From NCBI RefSeq assembly GCF_006345805.1, contig NC_043008.1, positions 35,960,001 to 36,024,000 on the forward strand: a stretch of DNA of 64,000 nt. Reading direction: 5' to 3'. The notes beneath the pieces are model-generated. The model was not told the origin of the DNA and searched no databases. It worked only from the letters and a program-made list of their open reading frames with translations. Positions 1 to 11,707 of the stretch are shown here, in pieces. How positions within the stretch are numbered: position 1 is the first letter of the stretch; each line of letters begins with the position of its first letter. Both the position numbers and the translations under genes were made by a program. The DNA is from Octopus sinensis. Its lineage: Eukaryota.

Positions 1-129
1 ATCAGGTGTAGTTTCGGCGGATTTCGGAAAGCATGAGGGCCTTAAAAGATGCAGTGTCATGGCAGTCAACAACTGACGCAGGCAGTTTATTCCATGCTTC
101 AGCAACTCTGAGCGTGAAAAAATGTTTCC
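1..129 (-). mobile_element. CR1-clade LINE, C-terminal ORF2 fragment (runs off the left edge)
   Basis: Minus strand reads KHFFTLRVAEAWNKLPASVVDCHDTASFKALML, the FFxxRVxxxWNxLP motif typical of CR1 ORF2 ends. Confidence 0.75.
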
Positions 130-240
130 ATGTTTTCATAAACCCTAGAGGAATGAAAGGCAGCTGAACTTTGTATATATACAGAGAAAACTAAAATAGT
201 GTGAGGCATGCCGCTTTACTGCAATAATAATAATAATAAT

Positions 241-769
241 ACCAGGCAGTGGCTTTCGATCTTAACTGATTGGAAGTGTTATCATTTACATTGTGTATCT
301 TGGTATAAAAAATGGGCTACAGCAAATATTCTGCTCAATACCACAGTTTTGCTTGTCAGTTTGACCCTAACCAGTTGAGCATGTCCCTTAGTGGCTGAAG
401 ATATGTGCATCTCTGATCATGAGCAGAAGTAGTGGGGGAGCATCATAGCCACTGTGTTGAGAGGGATTCTTTGGGGTTTGAATAATTCACCTTTGAAAAC
501 ATGGGTGTTTTGTTCAACATCCTTAAACAACCCTTATTCAGGGAACTTTTGAGCAGGATGGGTTACTTGACCAGAAGAAAATTCTAACTGGCCCCCACTT
601 GCAAGGTCATGTGCTGTTTATCTTGATATGAGATCACCATGTCACACACATATGGTTGTGATGCATGTGCCTAGTGTACCCTTATCAGACGGGTAGTCAT
701 GATGGGTATACTGGGTTTCGTATATTTTACCCCAGTGTCACTTTGATGGCATGCACTGCTCTCTCACTC
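241..769 (+). mobile_element. Retroelement-like 3' segment embedded between two (AAT)6 arrays
   Basis: About 530 bp of GC-richer non-coding sequence bounded by (AAT)6 at 223-240 and (AAT)6 at 770-787; no ORF; family not identified. Confidence 0.55.
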
Positions 770-799
770 AATAATAATAATAATAATCAGAAGATGATG

Positions 800-1000
800 A
801 CAACAGCAATCATTACTAGTAAGACAAAATGTTTAGTGGCATTTTTCTTTTATGTTCTGAGTTCAAATGTTGCTGAGGTTGGTTTGGCTTTCATCCTTTT
901 GTACTGGAGTTGCTGAAATCAACTAGCCCACTCCCTTCCTCCACTCCCCTAAATTTCAGGCTTTGAATCCACGGTTGAAAGGATTATTATTATCATTAAT
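800..1000 (+). mobile_element. tRNA-derived SINE family B, degraded copy
   Basis: Shares ttatgttctgagttcaaat...gctgaggtt...gctttcatcc core with 40771-41000. Confidence 0.6.
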
Positions 1001-1596
1001 ATGGCAGTGAATGATAGAATTAGTAGAGTAATCATCTTGTGGTATTACAAGTCCAACTCATGCCAGGGTCAAGTTTACCTTGCCTCTTTGTGTATGTGCA
1101 GGTAAAATAAGTATTCAGTAACATATTGAGAGTCAATCCAATTAACTGTACATCATCTCTCAAAAGTCATGATCTGGCATCATATCTAGAGTCTAATACA
1201 TGATAACTGACTTTAGACTGGAGAAAACATAAGACCAATTCTCAGACAGACACAAAGTAGAACTTGGAGTGAGTGGCAGGGAGGTCACTGAGCCACTGAA
1301 AAGGTCATAGACAGCAATGGAAGAACTTTGATGAATAAGCAAGCAACTGATCGATTTTTTAACCAACATATTAAATAAACAAATGATCCATTAATTAGCT
1401 GGTTGGATATTTAACCAATTGACCAACAATAAAGAAGTGGAATTGGACCCATGCATGTGTTATTATCATTGGGATAATGACTCTCCCAAGACAAGGTTTA
1501 AAAAAATTTTCAATGACAAAAAAAAGAGTCCCTATCAATCAGAAATGAAGGATAAAATATAGAAATATATGATAAAGTTTCAACTGATTCACTAAC

Positions 1597-1666
1597 CAGG
1601 TTTATATGCAAGAACATCTGTTTTAGTCATAGCCTTCTTGTAACACAGATAAACATCTGAGCCCAT
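1597..1666 (-). CDS. DENND4: DENND4 coding exon 4 (70 nt; too short for the ORF track)
   Basis: cctgtttattttAG|MGSDVYLCYKKAMTKTDVLAYKP+G|GTTAGT; matches DENND4 [23 protein letters not shown]. The next exon (expected RYP...CLPMG) was not found in 1-1596, so it lies beyond the window edge. Confidence 0.92.
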
Positions 1667-2954
1667 CTAAAATAAACAGGAAAAAACAAATAATATAGTC
1701 TGTATGAAAAAAAAACAACAAAATATTAAAATTGAATATGGTCTAATAATGAAACTTTTAAAAATACAAATTACTGCAATATTTGAAACAAAACAAAAAG
1801 CAAAAAATGGAATTATGTAAGACTTTGTCATTCCTTTTCATGTTTAGATGTTTTGGAACAAATGTAAATTGATTTTGTTTTCAGTTGGATAACCTTCCTA
1901 CTACAAGTTACACAAACATGAAATAAAAGTGAATTAGGATTTTTAGTCAGGCAAACTAGAGCAAAGAGAATGTCTCATTTACTCACTGACAAACTTATGT
2001 GCCTTACACACATGCACGCACGCACGCGCGCACACACACACACACACAGACAGAGAGTATGATCAAAGCACATAAATCTGTTTTTGGACAACCAATCTTG
2101 TGCATTAGTTTAGAAACTAAACTTATACATTTATACTTTATAGAAGTAGATTGACAAACATGCTAGATTCTCAACAAAATGTTCCGCAATATTTAATTAC
2201 ATAAAGAGAAGAACCGGTGATATAGTGAGGACAAACTATAATCTTCAGCTACACAATTGTCAAAAGCACAAAATATTTATTTTTAACAAAATCTTTCCAA
2301 ATTCAGAGCTGGCAGCAACAGTAATGGCAACAACAGAAGTAGCACATGTTTCAATAGAAGCACTTTAGAAAAATACTTCAGAAAGCCTTCATAATACACC
2401 ATTTGTCTAAGTACAGGATATGGAAGTGTGTAGAACAATAGCCATGTATATTTATTGTTTTCTAGCTAAATCTTACATACAATGTTGAGGTTTGATAATA
2501 TAATGAAGGCGTGTGTTGGTTTCAGAGCAGCATAAAGGAAACAGCTACTTGATACAGAACCATTTAAAAAACTGGATGAGTTATCCAGCACTTAATTGAC
2601 AGCTGAGACAATTGACGAAACTTTCAGCTTTGTATTTAATCAATGTTCCTAAGGATTGTGACAACAAAAATCTGTTGGTCCATTTGACAATAACGTCTAC
2701 ATTACATACATCACTCCTAAGTCCTTGGCGAATTTTCAGTTATAGAGTTTAACTCCCAGTTTCATAACTTGAAGAATGTTAGAGCGTTTTTTTTCTATTT
2801 TTTAATGATGTTAGTCGGGAAGTCATACCTTTGCACTCTCTGAAACTTGGTAATCTTTGGTTCATATACTAGTTTACAAACATTATTTTATTATATTAAT
2901 GGTATCAGTCACTTAAATTGAGGCAACACTTTCAAAATTATTATTACAAAAGTA

Positions 2955-3150
2955 ATGCACTGGTAGAATCAGTAGAGCATTGGGGAAAAAACCTTGCAGT
3001 GTTTGTTTTGATTCTTTATGTTCTGAGTTCAAATTCTGCTGAGGTCATTCTACAAGGTCAACAAAAAGTATTAATTGAGTACTGGAGCCAATGGCCTCAC
3101 CTGACCCTTTCCCCTCCAAAACTGATGGCCTTGTGCCTAAATCACCATCA
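2955..3150 (+). mobile_element. tRNA-derived SINE family B, degraded copy
   Basis: ctggtagaatcagtagagca...ttatgttctgagttcaaattctgctgaggtca...tgatggccttgtgcctaaat core shared with other family B copies. Confidence 0.6.
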
Positions 3151-4054
3151 TCATCGTCATTTGTTTAACACAGCAGCTTTGCAGGAAAATGTAACAAAGT
3201 GTCAGCTGTCTGCAACTAGTGGTCTGAGGAAATACTCTTCATTCAGATTTTGAGAATTCCATAGAGAATTACTGCAATTCCAAGCAACATTGTCTTTGGT
3301 AGATTATTAATATTTTTATTGTTATTATTTTGATAAAGCACTTTCTATAAACTCTGAGAATAGACTATTACTTAAACATATTTGAAATCTAGAAGAAAGA
3401 AAAAAAATGCCTCATTTGTTCTGAATGTACTAAATGCAATAAAAGATAAACTAATCTAAAGCAAAGAAAAAAAATAAGCCAACCTACTTTCAATCCATTA
3501 AGCAACATATTGTTGATGCATTTTGTTTTAAAAGAATCTTTAAAAATAAAGGAAAAATTCCAACAAAACTATATATAACAAGGTCTAGTGGTATTTATTG
3601 ACTAATCTATTTTTCTAGACTATGAATAAGGTAGTGGAATAAAAAGAGTAAAAAGAAATGTCAATAGAACATATTAAAGAGAATAAATGTAATTTGTATT
3701 CTATTGGTTTATTGAAAGATAGATGATAAAAACAAAAAAAAGATTGGTTTGATGCCAAATATGTTTTTAAAAATGGTTAATGTGAATATAGTGATATTTT
3801 TGAGAAGAAGGAATGTAAGGATGAAGGAACTGTATCAATGTTTCAGAGAGTGAAGTTACAGCTAAATGACTTGATACACATTACTGGATCAGCAACCAAT
3901 GAGTGACCAGCATGACCACCACCACCACCACCACCACAGCATCCGGAATCAAGAAGTTTTACTGGCCCAGTCAAACACGTTGGAAATTAGAAATTTAAGA
4001 TGATACGGTTTGTCACTGTTAAATATTAAGAAAATAGTTTGATAGAAATTTCTA

Positions 4055-4433
4055 GGCCGTAGGAGTGGCTATGTGGTAAGTAGCTTGCTTACGAACCACA
4101 CTGGTTCCAGGTTCAGTCCCACTGCGTGGCACCTTGGGCAAGTGTCTTCTACAATAGCCTCAGGCTGACCAAAGCCTTGTGAGTGGATTTGGTAGACAGA
4201 AACTGAAAGTAGCATATATGTATATATATATCTATGTGTGTCTGTGTTTGTTCTCCCAACATCGCTTAACAGATGCTGGTGTGTTTATGTCCCCGTAACT
4301 TAGCGGTTCGGCAAAAGAGACTGATAGAATAAGTACTAGGCTTACAAAGAATAAGTCCTGGGGTCGATTTGCTCGACTAAAGGCAGTGCTCCAGCATGGC
4401 CACAGTCAGATGACTGAAACAAGTAAAAGAGTA
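4055..4433 (+). mobile_element. tRNA-derived SINE family A, full length
   Basis: Head taggagtggctatgtggtaag (A-box-like) and ggttcagtccc (B-box-like); central (TA)/(TG) tract; tail ggcagtgctccagcatggccacagtcagatgactgaaacaagtaaaagag. Closely similar copies at 16744, 26554, 50975, 55238. Confidence 0.9.
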
Positions 4434-4546
4434 GGGAAGCTGGTTGAAAATGATTACATTGTTTGTGTACTGAAACCCAAATGGCTAAAATGCAAAGAAA
4501 ACTGCAGTGCAGCAGTTACTCTGGTACAACCATTCTAACCAGTGCT

Positions 4547-4800
4547 TTAACCCTTTTAATATCAACCTGCTTGAGATGGCAACTGGCTCTCTGATGCAAA
4601 CTTTCTATTTTAATGTGATTTAAATTAAAACCATCAAAATTCCAAGTTAATTCACATTCAAAACAGCAGCTTCATAAGGACAAAACTTTTTACAAAATGT
4701 TTCATTATTTTCAAAATTAATTGAAACAAAGACAGTGGAGTATAAGTTTCGCAAGTAACAGAAACCTGCTAGACACCAGTGTATTTTTCACCAGAACTAG
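4547..4800 (+). mobile_element. TTAA-flanked MITE family B (piggyBac-like end), degraded
   Basis: Starts TTAA-CCCTTT-taatatcaacctgcttgagat; homologous to the inverted copy at 20740-20949. Right end unclear. Confidence 0.55.
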
Positions 4801-4974
4801 ACTACTGATTGGTGTTATTAGATGCTCTACAGAATGTTCTGTTGATTTTATTTCTTGACATGAAACAATAATAATAGCTAACATTTAACTTAATACAGAA
4901 ATGCTTGATGCTATTTTACTTTTAACTAGTAATTAGTAGATCTAAAAATATAGAAATATTATGACAAGTCAATG

Positions 4975-5185
4975 AAGGAGTCAATGGGATTGTTTGAATT
5001 GCTAGAAACAGCAGCCATACTTTTTTCAAATAACCAAATCCCACCCTACAATCTTAAAAAAAAAAATTGGATAATGTAGTCTTAGATTCACTATGAATGA
5101 AAGAAAAGAAACTAGTTATAGCTGGAATGTCTTTGATCATAGTTCTAGGCAGTTGGGGGTTATCTGAGGCTAAACAAAAACAAAG
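4975..5185 (+). repeat. Dispersed repeat family D (SINE-like, CAA-type tail)
   Basis: gctagaaacagcagcc...caccctacaatcttaaaaaa...ggataatgtagtc...ctggaatgtctttgatcata...ggctaaacaaaaac; related segments at 31365-31505, 38450-38625 and, reversed, 52265-52330. Confidence 0.55.
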
Positions 5186-5576
5186 AAATATCAAGATTTA
5201 TCTGAGCCATAAATCAAAAGACAAACTGCCCTGATAAGAAGGAATATGTTCAATCTACACCATACTTCTCTTTTCATAACACAATTGGAAGAAAAATTTG
5301 TGCAATATTAACCCAAAAAGCTTTTGCATAAAAAGTACAAGTTAGTTGTGTTTTGCTTTTTTTTTTCTGCATGTGATCAGCAAAAAACAAATATCCAAAA
5401 GAAAGTGTGTTGCTACCATGTCTGGCAACAGTCTTAGCTATCATGTCTGATCATCTAAAATGGATATGAGAACATTTTCTTTTTTCTGGGGTACCAACTT
5501 TAATGAGACATAAACAAGATAGATCAATATTATCAAATTTCATGCATTTTGAAGAGAAAATAAAATTGTATCTTAC

Positions 5577-5633
5577 CATTCCTTTGTTCAAGTTCTTATT
5601 TATTTGGCAATAGGCATGGGGAGCACTTTCATT
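5577..5633 (-). CDS. DENND4: DENND4 coding exon 3 (57 nt, phase 0-0)
   Basis: ttattgcttacAG|NESAPHAYCQINKNLNKGM|GTAAGA; matches DENND4 GESPPHTFCKVDKNLNNSM. Confidence 0.93.
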
Positions 5634-5789
5634 CTGTAAGCAATAAAAGTATAGTAACAATGTTAGTGTATATATAAATATATATATATATATATATACA
5701 CATGCATTACATATACACATATATGGCAACCTAAATAGCGCAGGTAGCATGAATAAGAATAAAAAATAAAAAAAAGGACCCAGTTCACT

Positions 5790-5925
5790 TTGTTAAGTGG
5801 TTGGCATCTGGAGAACATTCAATCACAAAAACCCAGCCAATGTAGACATTGGGGCTTGATGCAGTCCTTGGACACATCCTGTCAAACTATCCAACCCAGG
5901 CCGGCATTAAATGATGATGATGATG
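5790..5925 (+). mobile_element. RTE-LINE-type 3' tail fragment with (GAT)n end
   Basis: gtggttggca...gtcaaactatccaaccc...ttaaatgatgatgatgatg, homologous to the 3' UTR of the RTE LINE ending at 46767. Confidence 0.6.
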
Positions 5926-5961
5926 ACATTATGCAAACGCACGCGTGTGCGTGTGTGTATG

Positions 5962-6150
5962 TATCATCATCACCATTTAATATCCATCTTCCATGCTGAC
6001 ATGGGTGAAATGGTTTGACCAGAGGTGGTAAGGCCAGGGGTCACACCAGGCCCCATTATCTGTTCTGGCATGGTTTCTATAGCTGGATGCCCTTCCTGAT
6101 GCCAAACATTTTATAGAGAGCACTGGGTGTTTTTAACATTGCACCAGCAT
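5962..6150 (-). mobile_element. RTE-LINE-type 3' tail fragment
   Basis: catcatcaccatttaatatccatcttccatgct...gctggatgcccttcctgatgcca matches the RTE 3' UTR at 46767-46930. Confidence 0.7.
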
Positions 6151-6175
6151 GCGTACTTTTCACATGATGTGGGCA

Positions 6176-6900
6176 TATATGTATGTATGTGTGTGTGTGC
6201 GTGCATATATATATACATATATACACACATATACATATATATATATATATACCTACATACACATTCATATACATACATATATACACACATACATACACAT
6301 TCATATACATACATATATACACACATACATACACATTCATATACATATATATACACACATACATACATACGCATTCATATACATATATACACATATACAT
6401 ACACATTCATATACATACATATATATATATACACATATATATATATACACATACATATATATATATATATACACATACATATACACAAATATATATACAC
6501 ACATATATATACACATACATATATATATATATATACACACATACATATATATACACATATGTATACACACACACATATATACACATACATATATACACAC
6601 ACACACACACATATATACACATACGTATACACACACACACACATATATATACACATACGTATACACACACACACCACACATATATACACATACGTATACA
6701 CACACACACACATATATATACACATACGTATACACACACACACACATATATATACACATACGTATACACACACACACACATATATATATATACACACATA
6801 CATATACACATACGTACACATATATATATATACACATACATACACACATATAAACCCATACATATGCATACATAAATACACATATATATATATAGAGAGA
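6176..6900. repeat. Compound (TA)/(CA) microsatellite with higher-order 36-nt and about 34-nt units
   Basis: About 720 bp almost entirely of TA/CA dinucleotides; 36-nt unit catacacattcatatacatacatatatacacacata at 6256, 6292, 6328; diagnostic cgt at 6624, 6658, 6693, 6727, 6761. Confidence 0.97.
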
Positions 6901-6986
6901 GAGAATAAGTCCTGGGGTCAATTTGTTTGACTAAATGTGGTGCTCTAACATGGCCGCAGTCAAATGACTGAAACAAATAAAAGAAT
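6901..6986 (+). mobile_element. SINE family A 3' tail only
   Basis: agaataagtcctggggtcaatttgtttgactaa...catggccgcagtcaaatgactgaaacaaataaaaga. Confidence 0.8.
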
Positions 6987-7013
6987 ATATGTAACATATG
7001 GTATAATTATATA

Positions 7014-7200
7014 CAGGGCAACTTTTAGCCATTTCTCTGCAGACTGAAAAAATGACGAACAACCTTAATCGATTTTTGAACTTTATTGGGTTCTCATCAG
7101 AGGCGTCTACATCATTCTGACAGCTAACCAAACTGTTTATATACTCAACAAATGCAGCAGTTACTCTACGAAGGAGTCCCTAATTTGCATACCAAAAGTG
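7014..7200 (-). mobile_element. Short Penelope-terminal-repeat-like element carrying a hammerhead motif
   Basis: About 190-bp island in TA-rich flanks; minus strand has TATATAAAC shortly upstream of a type-I hammerhead fold. PLE assignment is inferred from the ribozyme architecture only. Confidence 0.5.
7062..7104 (-). ncRNA. Minimal type-I hammerhead ribozyme motif, G12A variant (probably inactive)
   Basis: GCCU-CUGAUGA-GAAC(CCAAUAAA)GUUC-[A]AA-AAUCGAUU-A-AGGU: stem I CCU/AGG plus G.U, intact CUGAUGA, 4-bp stem II with G-C closing pair, palindromic stem III. The only core change is G12 to A at a CpG (7077). Confidence 0.75.
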
Positions 7201-7228
7201 TTTAACACTTTAAATTCCCAATAAATAA

Positions 7229-7261
<33 letters not shown>

Positions 7262-9299
7262 TACATACACACACTATTATATACATACCTACATTAAAAC
7301 AAGTGTCTCACTAGAAAGACAACATTTAACATTACATCAAAATGTTTAAATACTGACTAAACAGCATGTTATGTCTACAATTTTGTTTTTAACTAGTTTT
7401 ATAAACGGAGAAAAACAAAGTTTATAACGATGGAGAAAAGCAGGAATAGATCAAGATATTTGATCAACATTTGCTGAGATGTGCAGTTTGAATTCAACCA
7501 ATAGTTGGCCCCTGGCAGGGTCAATAAACTATCGGTCAATGTTCTCGCAGTTCTGTCAGTCCTCTGCCTGAAACAGAACAATGAAATGATGAAAGGTGAA
7601 CAGTCTCAGGACCAAAGAAACAGGAATAAATCCTGCAAGATATTTTGTCATCCATTGTTCCAAGGATTTCTGCTGATTTGCTGCTTTGATGTTTTATGAT
7701 CTCTGGTATCAAAGAATGATTAGCTCTACTGACTGCCAAGTGAGACCAGTAAATCTTCAGGTAATACCCATAAGAAGGACAGGAATCAGCAATGCAAACT
7801 ACTCAGTTGTCTGTCTTTAGCAGTTAGATGGAATACACACTCATAGTGACATGATATGACATGAACCTTCAACCAAGGTTGAACCTTCAACCTCTTGTTT
7901 ATCTGTTGCCCTATCATCTTAAACCGTCCCTGCTCTTAATTATCAGTCAAGATCAGTTTATTTTTAACAATTTAGGATCTAACAGTAAAGTGGTTCTTGT
8001 GTGCATATGTGTATTGAGTGTGCTTATATGCACATGCATGTGTAAGTCTGTGAGCATGTGTGCATGAGAACTTGTGTGTGAGCTTGCATCTATTTGAATG
8101 TATGTGCCCCCCCCCACACACACACAAGATATGCATTTATAGCAAAATAACATTGATTTCAACCTGTAAGTATTTGTAAATCTCTACTTCTTGTTTATCA
8201 AGTAGTGTCATAATAAAGCCATGGACTATGACAAGATAATTTTTCTTTACCTACTAATTTAACTATCATAACCTCATGATATCAAATACTTCTATCCATT
8301 TGCCATACTTTTAACAATCATTTTATAAAATAGCAAAACCTTAAATAGAATTACTCCACCAACTCTCTTTATCTTTCAATAGTTATTTTAACATGTACAT
8401 ATTACCTTACAGGATACATCTCTATGCCTGAGCATGTATAAATGCCATATTTACACAAGAGTGTGTGTGTGTGTGTACACATACACAAATCTGTATATAT
8501 CCCTGAAGTTTTGGAATAAACAATATCCTTGTATGAGATAAAAGGTAACTAATGGTTTGGTGTCAGGAAGGATATCTGGGCATAAGACATTGTTTTAAAA
8601 TCCTGTTCACTTTGAAAAATGAATGTAAAAATGATTTTGTATGTGTGTGAGAGAATAGACATACTTACACAAACAGGAGAAAGACAGAAGAAATGTGATA
8701 TATAAAATAAAACCAACTCATTACTCAAAGCTTAAAGTTCTCTGCAGTATGAGCCAGAACATTTTGTTCTTGTATGTTCTTCAAAGAACTGGGGTGGTGT
8801 TCAAATTTTTAATGAGTACAAAAGTTAAAGACTTGCCTATCCCTGATGTCATGCACAAGAAAAGAGGAGCTTCGTGAAAATCCTCAATTTTGATCTTTCG
8901 AGCACCAAATGTACTTCCATAGTGTAATGGAATTTCTTGTCATTTCAGACAGCGCTCATTCAGACAAACTGTACCTGGAGAGGTATTTTCCACTGAGTAG
9001 AGAGAATAATGTGCTACAGTTGTCAAATTCTAGTAGCAGGTTTGACTAGATCCTCGATGCACTGTTGATCTTATTATTTATACTTAACTTCTATGCGATT
9101 TTGTCAAACAGTTAACATAGGTATAGTTAGTGGGAAGGTGTTTCTGATCAATGCTAAGAAAGTTCTGGCTATGCTGGATGTTAGAATGGTGCTAAAAGGT
9201 AAATGGAACTGAGTCTTGTACCTTGGGAATTTTGTTATTGAACATACAAGCATGCATTTTTTTGCATCACATGTGCAGACAAGTATAGCATAGGTGCAA

Positions 9300-9590
9300 G
9301 CAAAGCTGTGTTTGCTTTCCAAACACATGGTTTTGGGTTCAGCCCCACTGCATGACAACTTGAGCAAGTGCTGGAAAAAGAACATTAAAGGATGATGATG
9401 ATGACGACATATATAGGTACGTGTGTGTGTTACCATCTTATATAATGGTGACATCTGTAAATGAGTGTCACCGTCATATAAGCAGTGTCTTCCATTTGCA
9501 ATGTTCTGTGTCTGGTCATGGGGAAATATTACCTTGCCCGGAAACAGTTGAGCATGGAAAAGTGGATGTTAAACTGATGATGATACATGT
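9300..9590 (+). mobile_element. Decayed SINE pieces combining a family A head with an RTE-type (GAT)n tail
   Basis: catggttttgggttcagccccactgcatgacaacttgagcaagtg (head A) then gatgatgatgatg; second piece tgtctggtcatggggaaatattaccttg...agcatggaaaagtggatgttaaactgatgatg. Confidence 0.55.
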
Positions 9591-10268
9591 ATGTGTGTGT
9601 GTGTCTATATTTATTCCAGTTTCTCTTTAAATCTGACTTTTCTCAGTCCATCATTGTAATACCATACAACCCATATAGATATCTTTTTTGTCAGATTATA
9701 TGAGACAAACCTCTTGCTAATGTTACTGACTAGATGTCTTCTTTTAATGATTGTAAATAAGAGTTATAAATATCAATACATAATAAGTATTTATTTGGCT
9801 TTCTATAAAAACAACAGTTATGTTTAAAAAAGTTAATGGTACTTAAATCTGTTTTAATGGTGGTATTTAGGTTAAATTCCTTAAATGTTTCTAATAGGTT
9901 ATTTGTAAACTTGACTAAGAATTAGCTATTTATGAGACAGAATACTGTTGACCCATCCACTTGTCCACACTCCTAAATCTGAGCAGAATGGCTAGAATGT
10001 ATAAACCCATTAACTCATGTACCTCAGATCCATGGTTACTAATTATGCTGATTATGAAATGCTTATTCTTTTCACTTTTTACTCAGAATTCACCAGCAAA
10101 CAAAAAAATTAATTCCCAATATGCATCATATTGAGGCTGGTTGTTTAGCCGCAAGTAAACCTATATTCAATGGTTCTCCAGCAGTGACTGCCCTTTTAAA
10201 GAGTATCCAAGAGTACACTGTCTTATGTGTTCATTCCTCTTTTAAGATAGTAAAGGCATCTTTGAAAG

Positions 10269-10495
10269 CAGAGCTTCTCAAACAACGGACCTCACAAATG
10301 AATAAGTTTAAAAATTTATTTTTAGTTTATTTATCATAGTCTGCAGAAGGTTTCTGCATCATATATGTACAATATATGTAATAATTAAATTATATATTAT
10401 GCACTTTGTGTTGTTACGCATGTGATCTCTAGTCACTGGAAAAATTGTCTTGCATGAAACTGATTCGTGGTGCAAAAAATGGAAGGGGGCTGCTG
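10269..10495 (+). mobile_element. Possible hAT-Charlie-type MITE remnant
   Basis: Right end catgaaactgattcgtggtgcaaaaaatggaagggggctgctg resembles Charlie/MER1-type termini; left end cagagcttctcaaac. TIR match and 8-bp TSD (5/8) are weak. Confidence 0.35.
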
Positions 10496-11222
10496 CTTTA
10501 AGGGACAATTAACTTCTGTTTCTATCAAATAAAGTGTTCATGCAGTGATTCTGTTGTTGGCCTAGTTGTTGATTTCATAGCTGGGGCTGAATTTATAATG
10601 AAATTCTAAAGGTTTTTTATACATGGAGGATTAACATTTTATGTTGGTCTGAGTATAAATTTGCAGTGCTTCTTTATTATGTTGTTAAACCACTTCATTG
10701 TGGCAGTGCTATTACTTTCTTTTGTGATAATTTTGTGGCTTGTGTAATTTTAAAATTGATTAAACAATTTAATTATGGTGGTAAATTTTTGTCAAACTGC
10801 CATGAGTAGCTAACAACTGACCCATGCCATAAAGGCAGGCAAGCAAATGACTTTTGCACTCATTAAAAGAATTTCAACTACATATCAATCACCTTCAGTG
10901 TGTTAAGTTCACGGAGTGAAGTTTTAGCTTCAAATAAGTTGGGTGTGTATTAGTGTGAATGTTTGCATAAACAAATATGCATGCATAAGAATATGAGTGA
11001 ATGTGCTTATGAATGAATGAAGCTGTGGGCATGTATAAGTAAGTGTGTAAATGCATATGAATGAGAAAGAAGTGTGGTGGGTGGAGAGAGAGATGTGGGA
11101 GAGAGAAAGAAAGAGAGAGAATCTGTATAATGAATGAGTATGCTTGTAGACCCAACATTTACTATCATGGAGAATAAATGTAAAAATAAAAAAACGAAAA
11201 AAAAGAAAAAGTACAACAGTAC

Positions 11223-11412
11223 CTTATTGGTAAGTATGATACAAATATCAACAACAGCTAAAGTATCACTGGAAGCCATATCAGAAGCTCTTCGGTATGT
11301 GATATAAATACGGCTACTATTGCTATTATTTACGTTGGCTGAATGACCATGTGCAGTCGTATGAACAATTTCACAACCTGACATCAGTTTCTCCTTCCCT
11401 TCATATAAAACT
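11223..11412 (-). CDS. DENND4: DENND4 coding exon 2
   Basis: Acceptor ttttttGCAG|A completes the split Gly codon, then [43 protein letters not shown]...[14 protein letters not shown]; donor AAG|GTACTG (phase 0). Colinear with DENND4 VLY..KE.L..GCEI...[10 protein letters not shown]...LAVTDICII. Confidence 0.95.
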
Positions 11413-11707
11413 CTGCAAAAAAATATATAAAAAAAAGAAAAGATTATGTAAAAATTATAACGAATAAATTAAATTTATTTATGTAAACTCCTTTTCGGTG
11501 ATGTTTCAATTATGGTTCAGGCTAAAGCACAGCTGATGAATTAGTTGTGCATGCAACTGGGAAATCAGAAACAGAGAATTACTCAACAAAATAAATGTGA
11601 ACATCTATACATTTCTTTTGTTTTTGTGTTGTCTAAAGGAATGGTGAGGCCTATTGCCTTCACAGGATCTCTGAGACCAGCTGGACTGATGTAGTTAATG
11701 TTCCACT

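Noticed and set aside
6077-6997. Nine long ORFs rich in Y/I/H/T or V/C/Y/M (up to 267 aa)
   Set aside because: Stop-free translation of the TA/CA microsatellite on both strands; not genes.
8862-9000. Possible mariner C-terminus (LNERCLK*QE...Y) and TIR-like end
   Set aside because: Too few identities and no second TIR.
11526-11580. CTGATGA...AGTTG/CAACT...GGGAAA hammerhead-like string
   Set aside because: No valid stem III (no U16.1) and no stem I partner; treated as chance.
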